Virus record (IMG/VR): IMGVR_UViG_3300039106_000621
Location: 1-33,125 of that record
Direction: 5' to 3' (one strand)
DNA length: 33,125 nucleotides
Origin: a virus
Taxonomy: Duplodnaviria > Caudoviricetes
A model generated the notes under the pieces. The model saw nothing but the letters and a program-made list of their open reading frames with translations. It ran no database searches and was not told where the DNA came from. Numbering within the stretch: position 1 is the stretch's first letter; every line of letters starts with the position of its first letter. The translations under genes and the position numbers were made by a program. Below, one piece after another: positions 1 through 7,985 of the stretch.

Positions 1-105
1 ATCATCTTTAACATGGTCAAGAGTGAATCCTGCATTGTATCCAATGTTAAAAATTTCATCATCACTCAAAGGTTCACGTTTTGGTGGTGCTTGTTCTTTA
101 TCCAT
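1..105 (-). CDS. Partial phage hypothetical protein (runs off the window edge)
   Basis: Read manually: ATG at 105 after GAGAG; MDKEQAPPKREPLSDDEIFNIGYNAGF..., open to position 1. Confidence 0.55.
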   Translation of the reverse strand, partial: MDKEQAPPKREPLSDDEIFNIGYNAGFTLDHVKDD

Positions 106-191
106 CTCTCAATCCTTTTAAATAATAATGGGCATCCATAAACAAATCATTTTCTTCTGATAGTGGTCTACCCATAAATATGATTCAAGGC

Positions 192-365
192 TCATTTACC
201 CACCCCACATAACTTACTTATTTCATCAGCAGTTAAATTTTGTCTACTTATGTTTATAACACAATTAGTTGCTATGGTTTTTTCATGAACCATAGCGACA
301 ATACATACTAATAGGATTACCACTACTGCACTTGCAGCACTAAATGCTATAAAGTCATTACTCAT
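192..365 (-). CDS. Small membrane protein (57 aa)
   Basis: ATG at 365 with GGAGGTGGAG SD, overlapping the upstream stop (ATGA); one hydrophobic stretch. Confidence 0.6.
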   Translation of the reverse strand: MSNDFIAFSAASAVVVILLVCIVAMVHEKTIATNCVINISRQNLTADEISKLCGVGK

Positions 366-898
366 AACTCCACCTCCCCAGAGTTCAACATATCGCAAGC
401 ACGTTGGGCGGATTCGCCTGTTGTGAAAAGAACAGTATTAACTTTATAATCATATACCGTTATAGCTTCCCATTTTCCTGCTGTTACTTTAAAAGCTAAC
501 GTATGTAGCCATCTGTCATAATTTTCATCATCCCCACACAGCTCATCCCTTAACGCAAGCAATCGATTAAACTTCCGCATCTCAACCGCTGCGCGTTCTG
601 CTTGTTCTTTGGTTGGTCGTCTTGTACCAAACAACGTCGCCTGTTCACAATTTATTGATACTGTTGCAGAGACGATGTCATTATTACTGGTAATCCACCA
701 ATCTCCGCCTTCAGGCTCCCACTTCACCGGCTTGCGACGGTATTCGCAGCTTAGTACCCAAACTGGATGTGTACTCACACTTGACCATTCGGTGGCATCA
801 TTAAGCAACACTTGCCACAACTTCCAAGGCTCATTAGTTTTAGCCGCGTCCTTCGCATATTCCAACATTAACTCTGCGTGTTTATGTGGTACACTCAT
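362..898 (-). CDS. Phage hypothetical protein (178 aa)
   Basis: Start revised to ATG 898 (SD AGGGGGA); HKHAELM..YA.DA...PW and P.W...EYRRKP motifs recur in phage proteins. Confidence 0.75.
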   Translation of the reverse strand: MSVPHKHAELMLEYAKDAAKTNEPWKLWQVLLNDATEWSSVSTHPVWVLSCEYRRKPVKWEPEGGDWWITSNNDIVSATVSINCEQATLFGTRRPTKEQAERAAVEMRKFNRLLALRDELCGDDENYDRWLHTLAFKVTAGKWEAITVYDYKVNTVLFTTGESAQRACDMLNSGEVEL

Positions 899-939
899 AA
901 ATCCCCCTTTGTGATTACTCTTTGTCTTACTCTCATAAA

Positions 940-1551
940 TCACCCACACTTGCTATCGCCACAGTTAGTACACGTCATGCACCCGTCCATCAGTATCAGA
1001 GCTTTGACATTACATTTACTACATAGTTGCATCTCGACACCTTTGGCTTCTTCTTTCTTAGCTTCTAAGTACGCTTGTTGATGCTCATCCACTTCAACTT
1101 TAATAACACCAATGCTTATTAAATGTTGCTCGATAACTGTTCCTATTTCAGCCACCAGCGATGGCATATACACACCACCTTTTTTGTAGTAACCACCTTT
1201 CGGGTCAAAGACATTCTTGAGTTCTTCAACTAAAAACGTAGAGTCACCACCTTTGCGCCACACAGCCGACACTAAGCGCGTTAATGCAAGTACCCACTGG
1301 AAATGATCCATGTTTTTAGAGTTGATGAACATCTCATAAGGATGATGAACGCCATCAAGCACCATGTCATTGATAGTGATATACAGAGCGTGTTCGCTTT
1401 GTGGCGTTTTAATCTTGTAAGTTGTGCCGGTTAAGCAGTTTGGTCGCACTAAGTTTTCGTGCATTAACTGAGTAATTTTCTCAACAGGCAATGCTTCATC
1501 TTCTTTGTTAACTACTTTGTAGCCAACAATCTTTTGGTCAATTTTATTCAT
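940..1551 (-). CDS. nrdJb: NrdJb-like small subunit of split class II ribonucleotide reductase (TSCPD domain plus C-terminal Zn ribbon)
   Basis: Motifs GTTYKIK..EHALYITIND, PYEMFINSKNMDHFQW..ALTRL.SAV.RKGGD..FLVEELK.VFDP.GGY and C-terminal CSKC...DGC.TC.NCGDSKCG match proteobacterial NrdJb as I recall it. Confidence 0.85.
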   Translation of the reverse strand: MNKIDQKIVGYKVVNKEDEALPVEKITQLMHENLVRPNCLTGTTYKIKTPQSEHALYITINDMVLDGVHHPYEMFINSKNMDHFQWVLALTRLVSAVWRKGGDSTFLVEELKNVFDPKGGYYKKGGVYMPSLVAEIGTVIEQHLISIGVIKVEVDEHQQAYLEAKKEEAKGVEMQLCSKCNVKALILMDGCMTCTNCGDSKCG

Positions 1552-1684
1552 CTATTAAATCCTCAAGCACTTCCCCAATACAATCTAGCAGTACGCTAAG
1601 TCCTACTAACAACTCACTTGCTAAGTACAACAAACAGCAAATAAGGAATACAGGAAACTTCAGTATGTTTATTAATGTGTTCAT
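1544..1684 (-). CDS. Small hydrophobic protein (46 aa)
   Basis: Read manually: MNTLINILKFPVFLICCLLYLASELLVGLSVLLDC...; overlaps both neighbours in coupled fashion. Confidence 0.5.
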   Translation of the reverse strand: MNTLINILKFPVFLICCLLYLASELLVGLSVLLDCIGEVLEDLIDE

Positions 1685-1839
1685 CTTTGATGCCTTATGT
1701 CATTAAATATAGCGCGTCTTGCTTTGCATCTATCGCACTCCCGATAACCAAGGGATTGATAAACTCGCCAGTGATCATGTTTGCAATTGGTAGCGTCTGG
1801 TAACGCTCGTACTGCTTCTACCTTTTTAACTTTGTCCAT
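1681..1839 (-). CDS. Small Cys/His (possible Zn-binding) protein (52 aa)
   Basis: ATG 1839 after GAGG; C.H.H...CDRC. Confidence 0.55.
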   Translation of the reverse strand: MDKVKKVEAVRALPDATNCKHDHWRVYQSLGYRECDRCKARRAIFNDIRHQR

Positions 1840-1893
1840 ATAATCCTCATACATAAACCAATCAATCCTACATAAGCAACAAGTGCCACCCAA

Positions 1894-1986
1894 TCATCTA
1901 AAGTCATTGGTATCCCCTTTTGTATATTCAATTACAAATAAAACTATAGTGATAGCAATCACTGTCCAGTATATTAATTCGCCCAT
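1894..1986 (-). CDS. Small membrane peptide (30 aa)
   Basis: Read manually: MGELIYWTVIAITIVLFVIEYTKGDTNDFR; GGAGGAAGAAGAG upstream. Confidence 0.4.
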   Translation of the reverse strand: MGELIYWTVIAITIVLFVIEYTKGDTNDFR

Positions 1987-2123
1987 TGCTCTTCTTCCTC
2001 CAATGCTCTGAGCATCAACTTCAACTGCTCAATTTCTTTGAGGAGTTGAAGTTTAATTTTTCTTAGTTCTTTTTTGTTTTTCTGAGCCGTTTTAAGGCGA
2101 CTTATACATTCGTCTTTGGTCAT
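1974..2123 (-). CDS. Small coiled-coil protein (49 aa)
   Basis: Read manually: MTKDECISRLKTAQKNKKELRKIKLQLLKEIEQLKLMLRALEEEEQWAN; ATGA overlap with upstream stop. Confidence 0.55.
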   Translation of the reverse strand: MTKDECISRLKTAQKNKKELRKIKLQLLKEIEQLKLMLRALEEEEQWAN

Positions 2124-2338
2124 TTTATACCTACCTGTAGTTCACCTTTTACATTGCGCTCCATTTCATAAACCGCATACATCTTGCCGTCATGAATAAT
2201 AAATTCACCTGTTGTTACTTTAATCACTTCGTAGTAATGGCGATGAAGTGAAGCAACAATACTCAAAGTTAAAATTACGCCCAAACAAAATGAAGCAATA
2301 GCTACATATATTGCGTCGTAGTTCATAATGTGTTTCAT
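2120..2338 (-). CDS. Hypothetical membrane-anchored protein (72 aa)
   Basis: ORF track; N-terminal hydrophobic helix; tight packing. Confidence 0.65.
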   Translation of the reverse strand: MKHIMNYDAIYVAIASFCLGVILTLSIVASLHRHYYEVIKVTTGEFIIHDGKMYAVYEMERNVKGELQVGIK

Positions 2339-2341
2339 AAA

Positions 2342-2554
2342 TCACCAGAGTTTTTTAGGTCGCCCACGGGGGGATAAATAAGTATTTACTAATGAGAACG
2401 CTTTTTCTAAATCAGATGTTGCCCACAGCCATGCTGTTTTACCTTGTTTACTAACACCTACGGGCAATACATTAAGCGCTATTAATTTACGTCTTAATGT
2501 TGCTTGCGACATTCCTGTTTTTTCTCGGAATTGTTTAATTGTCATTGAACTCAT
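2342..2554 (-). CDS. Small HTH DNA-binding protein (Xis/MerR-like) with C-terminal AT-hook
   Basis: MTIKQFREKTGMSQATLRRK HTH pattern; PRGRPKK. Confidence 0.6.
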   Translation of the reverse strand: MSSMTIKQFREKTGMSQATLRRKLIALNVLPVGVSKQGKTAWLWATSDLEKAFSLVNTYLSPRGRPKKLW

Positions 2555-2808
2555 TGCACTGCCCCTGTTGATAAGTCATTACATATCGCTGTGATGATAC
2601 GAGTCGGTCTTTTACTCATTTGGTAAGCACCAACAGCAAGATTCCATTCTTCGCGCCCATTGGTACAAGCTGTCATTGATTCATAAGGAATTACGCTTGT
2701 GGTGTAAGCGATGGTTTCTTTGGTAGTGCTATGACCTTTTTTGTCAATGTTAGTTTCTGTTGTTAGAAACGAGAGCGTTAATGTTAATGCCGCTGCGGTA
2801 ATACTCAT
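2551..2808 (-). CDS. Hypothetical exported protein (85 aa)
   Basis: Hydrophobic N-terminus, two Cys; GGAG SD; ATGA coupling. Confidence 0.65.
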   Translation of the reverse strand: MSITAAALTLTLSFLTTETNIDKKGHSTTKETIAYTTSVIPYESMTACTNGREEWNLAVGAYQMSKRPTRIITAICNDLSTGAVQ

Positions 2809-2972
2809 TTTTTATTCTCCAATACTGCGTTTTTAAGCGCTCTACGCAGACGGGTGATTTCGTCTAATGCGCTGAAGTGCAAGTACGCCATCGTCATAAA
2901 CAAACCTATCATTAAGACATAAGCGATACTGCTTTTATCTAAATAGTCTAAACTTTCAATTATTGCGTCCAT
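2805..2972 (-). CDS. Small membrane protein (55 aa)
   Basis: Read manually: MDAIIESLDYLDKSSIAYVLMIGLFMTMAYLHF...; GAGG SD. Confidence 0.55.
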   Translation of the reverse strand: MDAIIESLDYLDKSSIAYVLMIGLFMTMAYLHFSALDEITRLRRALKNAVLENKK

Positions 2973-2990
2973 TGTCTGTGTCCTCAGCTA

Positions 2991-3257
2991 TTACGCTTCT
3001 AGTGTTGATGAATTAGTATTAAGTTCTTCACGAACACCATCAAGCATTTCAACGCAATCATTAATCTGACTGTTGATTTCTTTAATAAATACTTCTCTAT
3101 TTTCTGGTGTGTCAGTGCTACCAACTAAATACCCTATTGCTTGCACAAGCTCAAAGGTCAAATCGCTAAAGGCTTCTTGTTGGTTATCATGTTCCAACGC
3201 AGTTTTTAGTAATCTTGAAATAACATCATGGTGGTTAAACTTTCTTTGGTTCGACAT
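2991..3257 (-). CDS. Hypothetical protein (88 aa)
   Basis: ORF track; AGGAG SD. Confidence 0.7.
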   Translation of the reverse strand: MSNQRKFNHHDVISRLLKTALEHDNQQEAFSDLTFELVQAIGYLVGSTDTPENREVFIKEINSQINDCVEMLDGVREELNTNSSTLEA

Positions 3258-3414
3258 ATCTATCTCCTAGCATTTTTTTAAGTTGTTTTTCAGTATCTAT
3301 TGCTCTTTGTTTATTGAAAGCATCCCATTGGGAGTGTGTCCAATACTTGCGCTCATCATCTTCTTCCTCAGCATACCAATATGCGTCAGAAGTGTTATCT
3401 TCAAATACTCGCAT
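3235..3414 (-). CDS. Hypothetical acidic/aromatic protein (59 aa)
   Basis: Read manually: MRVFEDNTSDAYWYAEEEDDERKYWTHSQW...; GAGGT SD. Confidence 0.6.
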   Translation of the reverse strand: MRVFEDNTSDAYWYAEEEDDERKYWTHSQWDAFNKQRAIDTEKQLKKMLGDRYVEPKKV

Positions 3415-3503
3415 TTATATAACCTCTTGTTTGTGTTATACTCAATTTGCATTTCACTCCAACTGTTTGAAATGCGTTCATGTGTTAGACTCCTCGACTC
3501 TAT

Positions 3504-3546
3504 TCCTACTGCCTGTTTACTCCTTTGGGGCAGTAGGATTTTTTTT
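3504..3546 (+). terminator. 10-bp stem-loop with T tract (plus-strand terminator or RNA-processing hairpin)
   Basis: TCCTACTGCC (3504-3513) / GGCAGTAGGA (3529-3538) followed by T8. Confidence 0.55.
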
Positions 3547-3607
3547 GTTTCGAGAAACCGTGAAGCTATTTTATTGATTTTATCCCCTCAGTCAACCTTA
3601 ACTTAAC

Positions 3608-5848
3608 TTATTTTAATGCACGAAGTAAGTCAGATTGCACAATATCTTTATCTTTCAATACGTTAATGATTCGCTCGTCAATGCAGCCTTTGCAGATTAA
3701 GTGGATAATCCTTACCGCCATAGTCTGTCCTTGCCGGTACAATCGAGCATTAAACTGCTGGTAATACTCCAAACTCCAGCTCAGTGAAAACCACACAATC
3801 ATGCTACCACCGTGTTGGATATTTAACCCATGTCCAGCGGAATTATGCGATATGAATACCTCCCCATTATTATTTCGTACAAGAAATCTATTTCTTGATC
3901 CGCAATCAACTAAATCAAATACTTCCGAGAACGTCGGTTTTTCGGATACTTTGAATTTAAATAATTGATCACAGCATCCTCCGGAGTCATTCCTAAATTT
4001 AAACGAGGGGTTATCGCTCCTCTGCTTATGTTCACAACCCTGCAAAATTCTGACAAGTGCATTTGTTTGCCTTTGTAAACTAAAACCCTGTTGTTTATTT
4101 TGTTTGCTTGTTGTTCCATATTTGTTGCCCATCGGCAATTGTCTTTGGAATAACCTTTTGAATTGTCTATCCGATCTAAAGTTAGATTGTCTGAATATGT
4201 TTCTTTCATATCTGAATAAAAATTCTTGAAGTCTAACCATTCTTTCGCAACGCCCTTGCCTTTTCCACCATATAGAATGTAGCTTCGATCGTATTCTTTC
4301 GTTGCTCGACTCATCATCCCCTTCCAAATACTCCAAATTCTTGTATTTGTCATTAAATGAAAGTTTTCTTTTACGCATTTTGAACAATGTTTTCTGTTCT
4401 CTTTGTTCGCTCTTAAAACATTTTGTTTTAATAGTGTGTGTATTTCCCCGCAATGGCAACATTGAGCTAAGGTAAGCGTCAGTTCCGCTGTAGCTGTAAT
4501 TCGCTTTTCTTCTAGTATGGATATTATTTTGTACATTTTTTGCTTCCACCCATTTGTCATCGATAAGTATTTTATGATTCTCGGTCATGGTTATCCCCAT
4601 CACATCAATCACTTCTTTTACACCAGAAAAATGACACCCGCTATGGCTTACAAATTCAATACCATCAAAAACACGTTCGTCTTTTTTCACATCGACAATC
4701 TTAGTCCATCCTCTATGTTCAGTCAACACTTCAGTCGATGGATGTAAACAAGCCGGATGAGCAAATAGAAGGGGTATTTCGCCATTGTTCCATTCGTCAA
4801 TAGTGTTTTGATGCTTATCGAGAACTCGTGCATTAGGAAAGCGTTTAAGCAATCGCTCAATATCGCTTTTGAAGTTATAGGCAACAAGGATATTCTCCCC
4901 ATCGTTTTGCTCAATAATGTCTGCAAGCGCATCGAGTTTTGCATCGTGAACGACTTCATAGTTTTTAAATTCATCGACGTACACAGCACCAGCGCAATAC
5001 TGCAATAACTTATTGGCAAGTGTCGCTGCGCTCAATGCTTCAACTTCAGACTCCTCAAACTTCAAATAAAGTTTTTCTTCAAGAAGTTTATAATTGTTCA
5101 TTACTGTAGGTGCTAATTCAATTTCTTCATATAATTCAATGTAGTCTGGCATTTCAAGGTAATCGCTGGTTTCCATTGATATGGTAAATGGCGCTATCAA
5201 TTCTTCGATTTTCTTTTGTGAGTCTTTGCGAGGGGTATATTTGTAACCGCTATAATCCTGTTCAAAGAATCGGCTTTTATACATAGTCATAGTTCGCCCA
5301 AGTGCTTTACCGTTATCTACTAAATAGCATTGCGACCACAAGTCAAGTAAGCCATTGGGTGAAGGTGTGCCTGTAAGCAGGGTAATGTAGTGAACATAGG
5401 GAAGTGCTTTGCGTAGCGCTTTGACACGTTTGCTTTTATCGCTTTTAAAGCTGCTCGATTCATCAATGACCACCATTTGAAATGGAAATTTATCTCTGTA
5501 ATGCTTAACCAGCCAAACCACGTTTTCCCGATTGATGACATAAACGTCCGCATCATGATGCAAGGCAGCTAGGCGCTTTTGCTCTGTGCCTGTACATATT
5601 TTGAATTTTAAATCTTTGAGATGTTCCCATTCCTTTGCTTCTTGCGCCCAGACGCTATTAGCTACTCTCAGTGGCGCGATAACAAGCGCTTTGGTAATTA
5701 CACAAGCGTCAATTAAATCGTGGATTGTAGTGAGCGTAGAAGCTGTTTTCCCCATCCCCATTTTAAGCGCACAAAGTGTTCGCTCTTGTTCAATTTGAAA
5801 CGCGGAGGTTCTGACTTGGTAATGACGGAGTTCTACTCTAGTGCGCAT
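3608..5848 (-). CDS. SNF2-family helicase precursor containing an intein (746 aa; 443 aa after splicing)
   Basis: Walker A MGMGKT, Walker B VVIDESS, motif III LTGTP, motif V HPA|SAGHGLN split by the intein, motif VI QFNARLYRQGQ. Confidence 0.95.
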   Translation of the reverse strand: MRTRVELRHYQVRTSAFQIEQERTLCALKMGMGKTASTLTTIHDLIDACVITKALVIAPLRVANSVWAQEAKEWEHLKDLKFKICTGTEQKRLAALHHDADVYVINRENVVWLVKHYRDKFPFQMVVIDESSSFKSDKSKRVKALRKALPYVHYITLLTGTPSPNGLLDLWSQCYLVDNGKALGRTMTMYKSRFFEQDYSGYKYTPRKDSQKKIEELIAPFTISMETSDYLEMPDYIELYEEIELAPTVMNNYKLLEEKLYLKFEESEVEALSAATLANKLLQYCAGAVYVDEFKNYEVVHDAKLDALADIIEQNDGENILVAYNFKSDIERLLKRFPNARVLDKHQNTIDEWNNGEIPLLFAHPACLHPSTEVLTEHRGWTKIVDVKKDERVFDGIEFVSHSGCHFSGVKEVIDVMGITMTENHKILIDDKWVEAKNVQNNIHTRRKANYSYSGTDAYLSSMLPLRGNTHTIKTKCFKSEQREQKTLFKMRKRKLSFNDKYKNLEYLEGDDESSNERIRSKLHSIWWKRQGRCERMVRLQEFLFRYERNIFRQSNFRSDRQFKRLFQRQLPMGNKYGTTSKQNKQQGFSLQRQTNALVRILQGCEHKQRSDNPSFKFRNDSGGCCDQLFKFKVSEKPTFSEVFDLVDCGSRNRFLVRNNNGEVFISHNSAGHGLNIQHGGSMIVWFSLSWSLEYYQQFNARLYRQGQTMAVRIIHLICKGCIDERIINVLKDKDIVQSDLLRALK
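3842..4750 (-). mobile_element. Intein (303 aa, precursor residues 367-669) in helicase motif V
   Basis: Block A CLHPSTEVLT, block B TMTENHKI (TxxH), block F VFDLVD, block G FISHN followed by Ser+1; removal restores HPASAGHGLNIQ. Confidence 0.93.
3910..4536 (-). CDS. HNH-type homing endonuclease nested in the +1 frame inside the intein (208 aa)
   Basis: N-terminal CCHC..CSKC; RIWSIWKGMMSR..YGGKG..W..F..FY.DM; LTLDRIDNSKGYSKDNCRWATNMEQQANK nuclease motif; C-terminal HTH-like segment; ATG 4536 preceded by GGTGG; TAG at 3910-3912. Confidence 0.88.
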   Translation of the reverse strand: MYKIISILEEKRITATAELTLTLAQCCHCGEIHTLLKQNVLRANKENRKHCSKCVKENFHLMTNTRIWSIWKGMMSRATKEYDRSYILYGGKGKGVAKEWLDFKNFYSDMKETYSDNLTLDRIDNSKGYSKDNCRWATNMEQQANKINNRVLVYKGKQMHLSEFCRVVNISRGAITPRLNLGMTPEDAVINYLNSKYPKNRRSRKYLI

Positions 5849-6137
5849 AATCGCCTTCCACTGGTAATCGATAAAGTAACAGGGTATCTACCGCTTCTTT
5901 TGAGTCAATGACATAGACATGAACACCCATCTCACGTCGCCTTTGATGATCTCGTTCTTGCGCTTCAGTAGGTTTCTTTTTAGGCGCTTTGCATTCAACA
6001 AAAAATATCGGTTGAAATGGCAAGGTAATTAAACGGTCTGGGACGGATCGACGATTGGGCGATGTAAACTTCTCGCACGTTCCACCTACTTTTTTGATTT
6101 GATCGCACAGGTATTTTTCAATTTCTTTTTCAAGCAT
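5838..6137 (-). CDS. VRR-NUC domain nuclease
   Basis: EKEIEKYL, KFTSP.RRSVPDR, FVECKAP..KPT..Q; GGAG SD before ATG 6137. Confidence 0.9.
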   Translation of the reverse strand: MLEKEIEKYLCDQIKKVGGTCEKFTSPNRRSVPDRLITLPFQPIFFVECKAPKKKPTEAQERDHQRRREMGVHVYVIDSKEAVDTLLLYRLPVEGDYAH

Positions 6138-7926
6138 TGTAACCAACTCCTTTTAACACTTCATTTGCCTTAGTGTAGTAATAATAAAAATTAACATCCT
6201 CTGGAAAAGCATTTGGCAAATTCATCAATGGACGACAGCCTTGTGACATCGGGACTTTGTTTCCATTCTTTGCATAAACAAGTGACATATCAGCAAGACC
6301 TAAATCGCAACTGTGATAAAAGCGAACTGCTTTACCAAGATACTCCCCTCTAAACAATGCGCCACCTGTTACTCTGCGAACTGTGACAAACTTTCTAATG
6401 TCCTCACAATCGGTAATTGTCTTTTCAATTGGCGTTCCGTTAGCGATAAATTCAGCAACGGCTTCATAGATGATTAAGCCGTCGGGGTTTTTGCTCAGTG
6501 ACGCTTCACCAAAGCACCCTTTGCATTTAGTTTTACCATCGAGCTTCACAGCGATATAGTTATTTACATCACGCGATGCCAGTTCACGGTAATCGGTTTG
6601 CTCTAGCGTATAGCTGGTTTGAATTTCCCAATTAAATAATATTTCTTGAAGCATGGGCATTTGACTTTCGTGGTAATACGTCACAATCCCATCGGTATTC
6701 GCACTGACTACGCGAATACCATTTAGTTCAAGTTCTTCAATTAACATGAGTAGGGATAACTGACCAGTGATAGTGGTTTGCAAAAGTAACTGTGGTGAGT
6801 ATAAAGCACTGTATTTGCTGCCAAATTTGCCAAATGATCCATTGAGTACAATTTTTAACGTATCGGCAGTTACCTTATCACCTATGTGTTTTGCTGCGAT
6901 ACGTTTTTTTACAACACCTTGATATAAATCTAAAAAAGATTTCCCCATAGATTCTGGAAATAGTTTTTGTTGTAAAATAATACTTGGATAATAGCTCGCG
7001 GCATCGTATTCAGCTAAGTAAAATTCATTGTTAGTTTTGATATGTTGTGCTGTTTCGCGTGAATGTAAACCTCCAATACCCATTTGATATGCCGAACTCC
7101 CAATTTTAATAGGTTCACCTAACCATTTAGGTAACTCAACACTACCATTATCTTTGAGCGCAAAGGTTTCATAAATTAGCTGGTCAAAAATATCACAAAG
7201 TTCCTGTGTTTTAAATTGGATAATTTCGGGATTGCGATACTTAAAAGTAAAATTGTTATCGTATTTCTTTGGGCGGTAAGTTTCTAACGTCAATGCTGAC
7301 AGTTCAGATTTAATTACCGCTTCGGCAATCTGCGCATCGGATTTTGAATTGAGGTTGATACCGTATTGCTGCGTCATCTCTTTGCGCAAGTCTATTTGCC
7401 CTTTGAGCTTGTCAAACAGTTCACCTGTAACTTGCGTATCGTTTCTGCAATACTCGCGCATCAAGTTACGCTCACTGTCTTTTATTAACTCATTAGGATC
7501 AATTGGTAAGTCTTGCATTTTCTTGGTGTGAATACGTCCACCGTAAATTTTAAGCGATGCTTGCCCAATGGGAATTTCAATAATGTCGATATGTTTATCG
7601 TAAGTAGGGACTTGGAGGTTATGCTCTTTGAGAATCTGCCAAGTAACGCGCTGATCTGTGATTATTTTTGTGGAAAGTTTGTGGAGCTTCTTACAATCCC
7701 ATGATTCCAATGCGCCATGAATAACAGGTATATCGTAGTTCAAACCATTAAATGAAACGGTTTCGTGATTAAGAAGTAGACGCTGTATCTTTTTGGCTTG
7801 TTCTTCGTTTAACTTTGCATCTTCGCCAAACAATTCTATTTCAAGTGTCGAACCTGTAGCGTGATTGACAGCTAAAAATAACCAGTAGTTTTTGTAACAC
7901 TCAGTGTCAATAATGTAAGTATTCAT
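6130..7926 (-). CDS. DNA polymerase, family-B type, with N-terminal 3'-5' exonuclease
   Basis: ExoI DTE, ExoII FNGLNYD, ExoIII YCRND; polymerase motifs DAASYYPSII, KIVLNGSFGK, SANTDG. Confidence 0.88.
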   Translation of the reverse strand: MNTYIIDTECYKNYWLFLAVNHATGSTLEIELFGEDAKLNEEQAKKIQRLLLNHETVSFNGLNYDIPVIHGALESWDCKKLHKLSTKIITDQRVTWQILKEHNLQVPTYDKHIDIIEIPIGQASLKIYGGRIHTKKMQDLPIDPNELIKDSERNLMREYCRNDTQVTGELFDKLKGQIDLRKEMTQQYGINLNSKSDAQIAEAVIKSELSALTLETYRPKKYDNNFTFKYRNPEIIQFKTQELCDIFDQLIYETFALKDNGSVELPKWLGEPIKIGSSAYQMGIGGLHSRETAQHIKTNNEFYLAEYDAASYYPSIILQQKLFPESMGKSFLDLYQGVVKKRIAAKHIGDKVTADTLKIVLNGSFGKFGSKYSALYSPQLLLQTTITGQLSLLMLIEELELNGIRVVSANTDGIVTYYHESQMPMLQEILFNWEIQTSYTLEQTDYRELASRDVNNYIAVKLDGKTKCKGCFGEASLSKNPDGLIIYEAVAEFIANGTPIEKTITDCEDIRKFVTVRRVTGGALFRGEYLGKAVRFYHSCDLGLADMSLVYAKNGNKVPMSQGCRPLMNLPNAFPEDVNFYYYYTKANEVLKGVGYNA

Positions 7927-7950
7927 AGGGGTATCCTATTTGTGAATATG

Positions 7951-7985
7951 AAAAAAAAACCGACAAGTTGATAACAAAATGTCGG
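7951..7985 (-). terminator. Putative intrinsic terminator/attenuator just upstream of the polymerase gene
   Basis: CCGACA (7960-7965) / TGTCGG (7980-7985) with A9 on the left (U tract on the minus strand). Confidence 0.5.

Noticed and set aside
3283-3606. Plus-strand ORFs of 107 and 87 aa
   Set aside because: Antisense to a minus-strand operon; a better 59-aa minus-strand ORF with an SD occupies the region.
3842-4750. Group I intron explanation for the helicase insertion
   Set aside because: The insertion is in frame, stop-free and bounded by Cys and His-Asn|Ser intein motifs, with no room for a ribozyme core.
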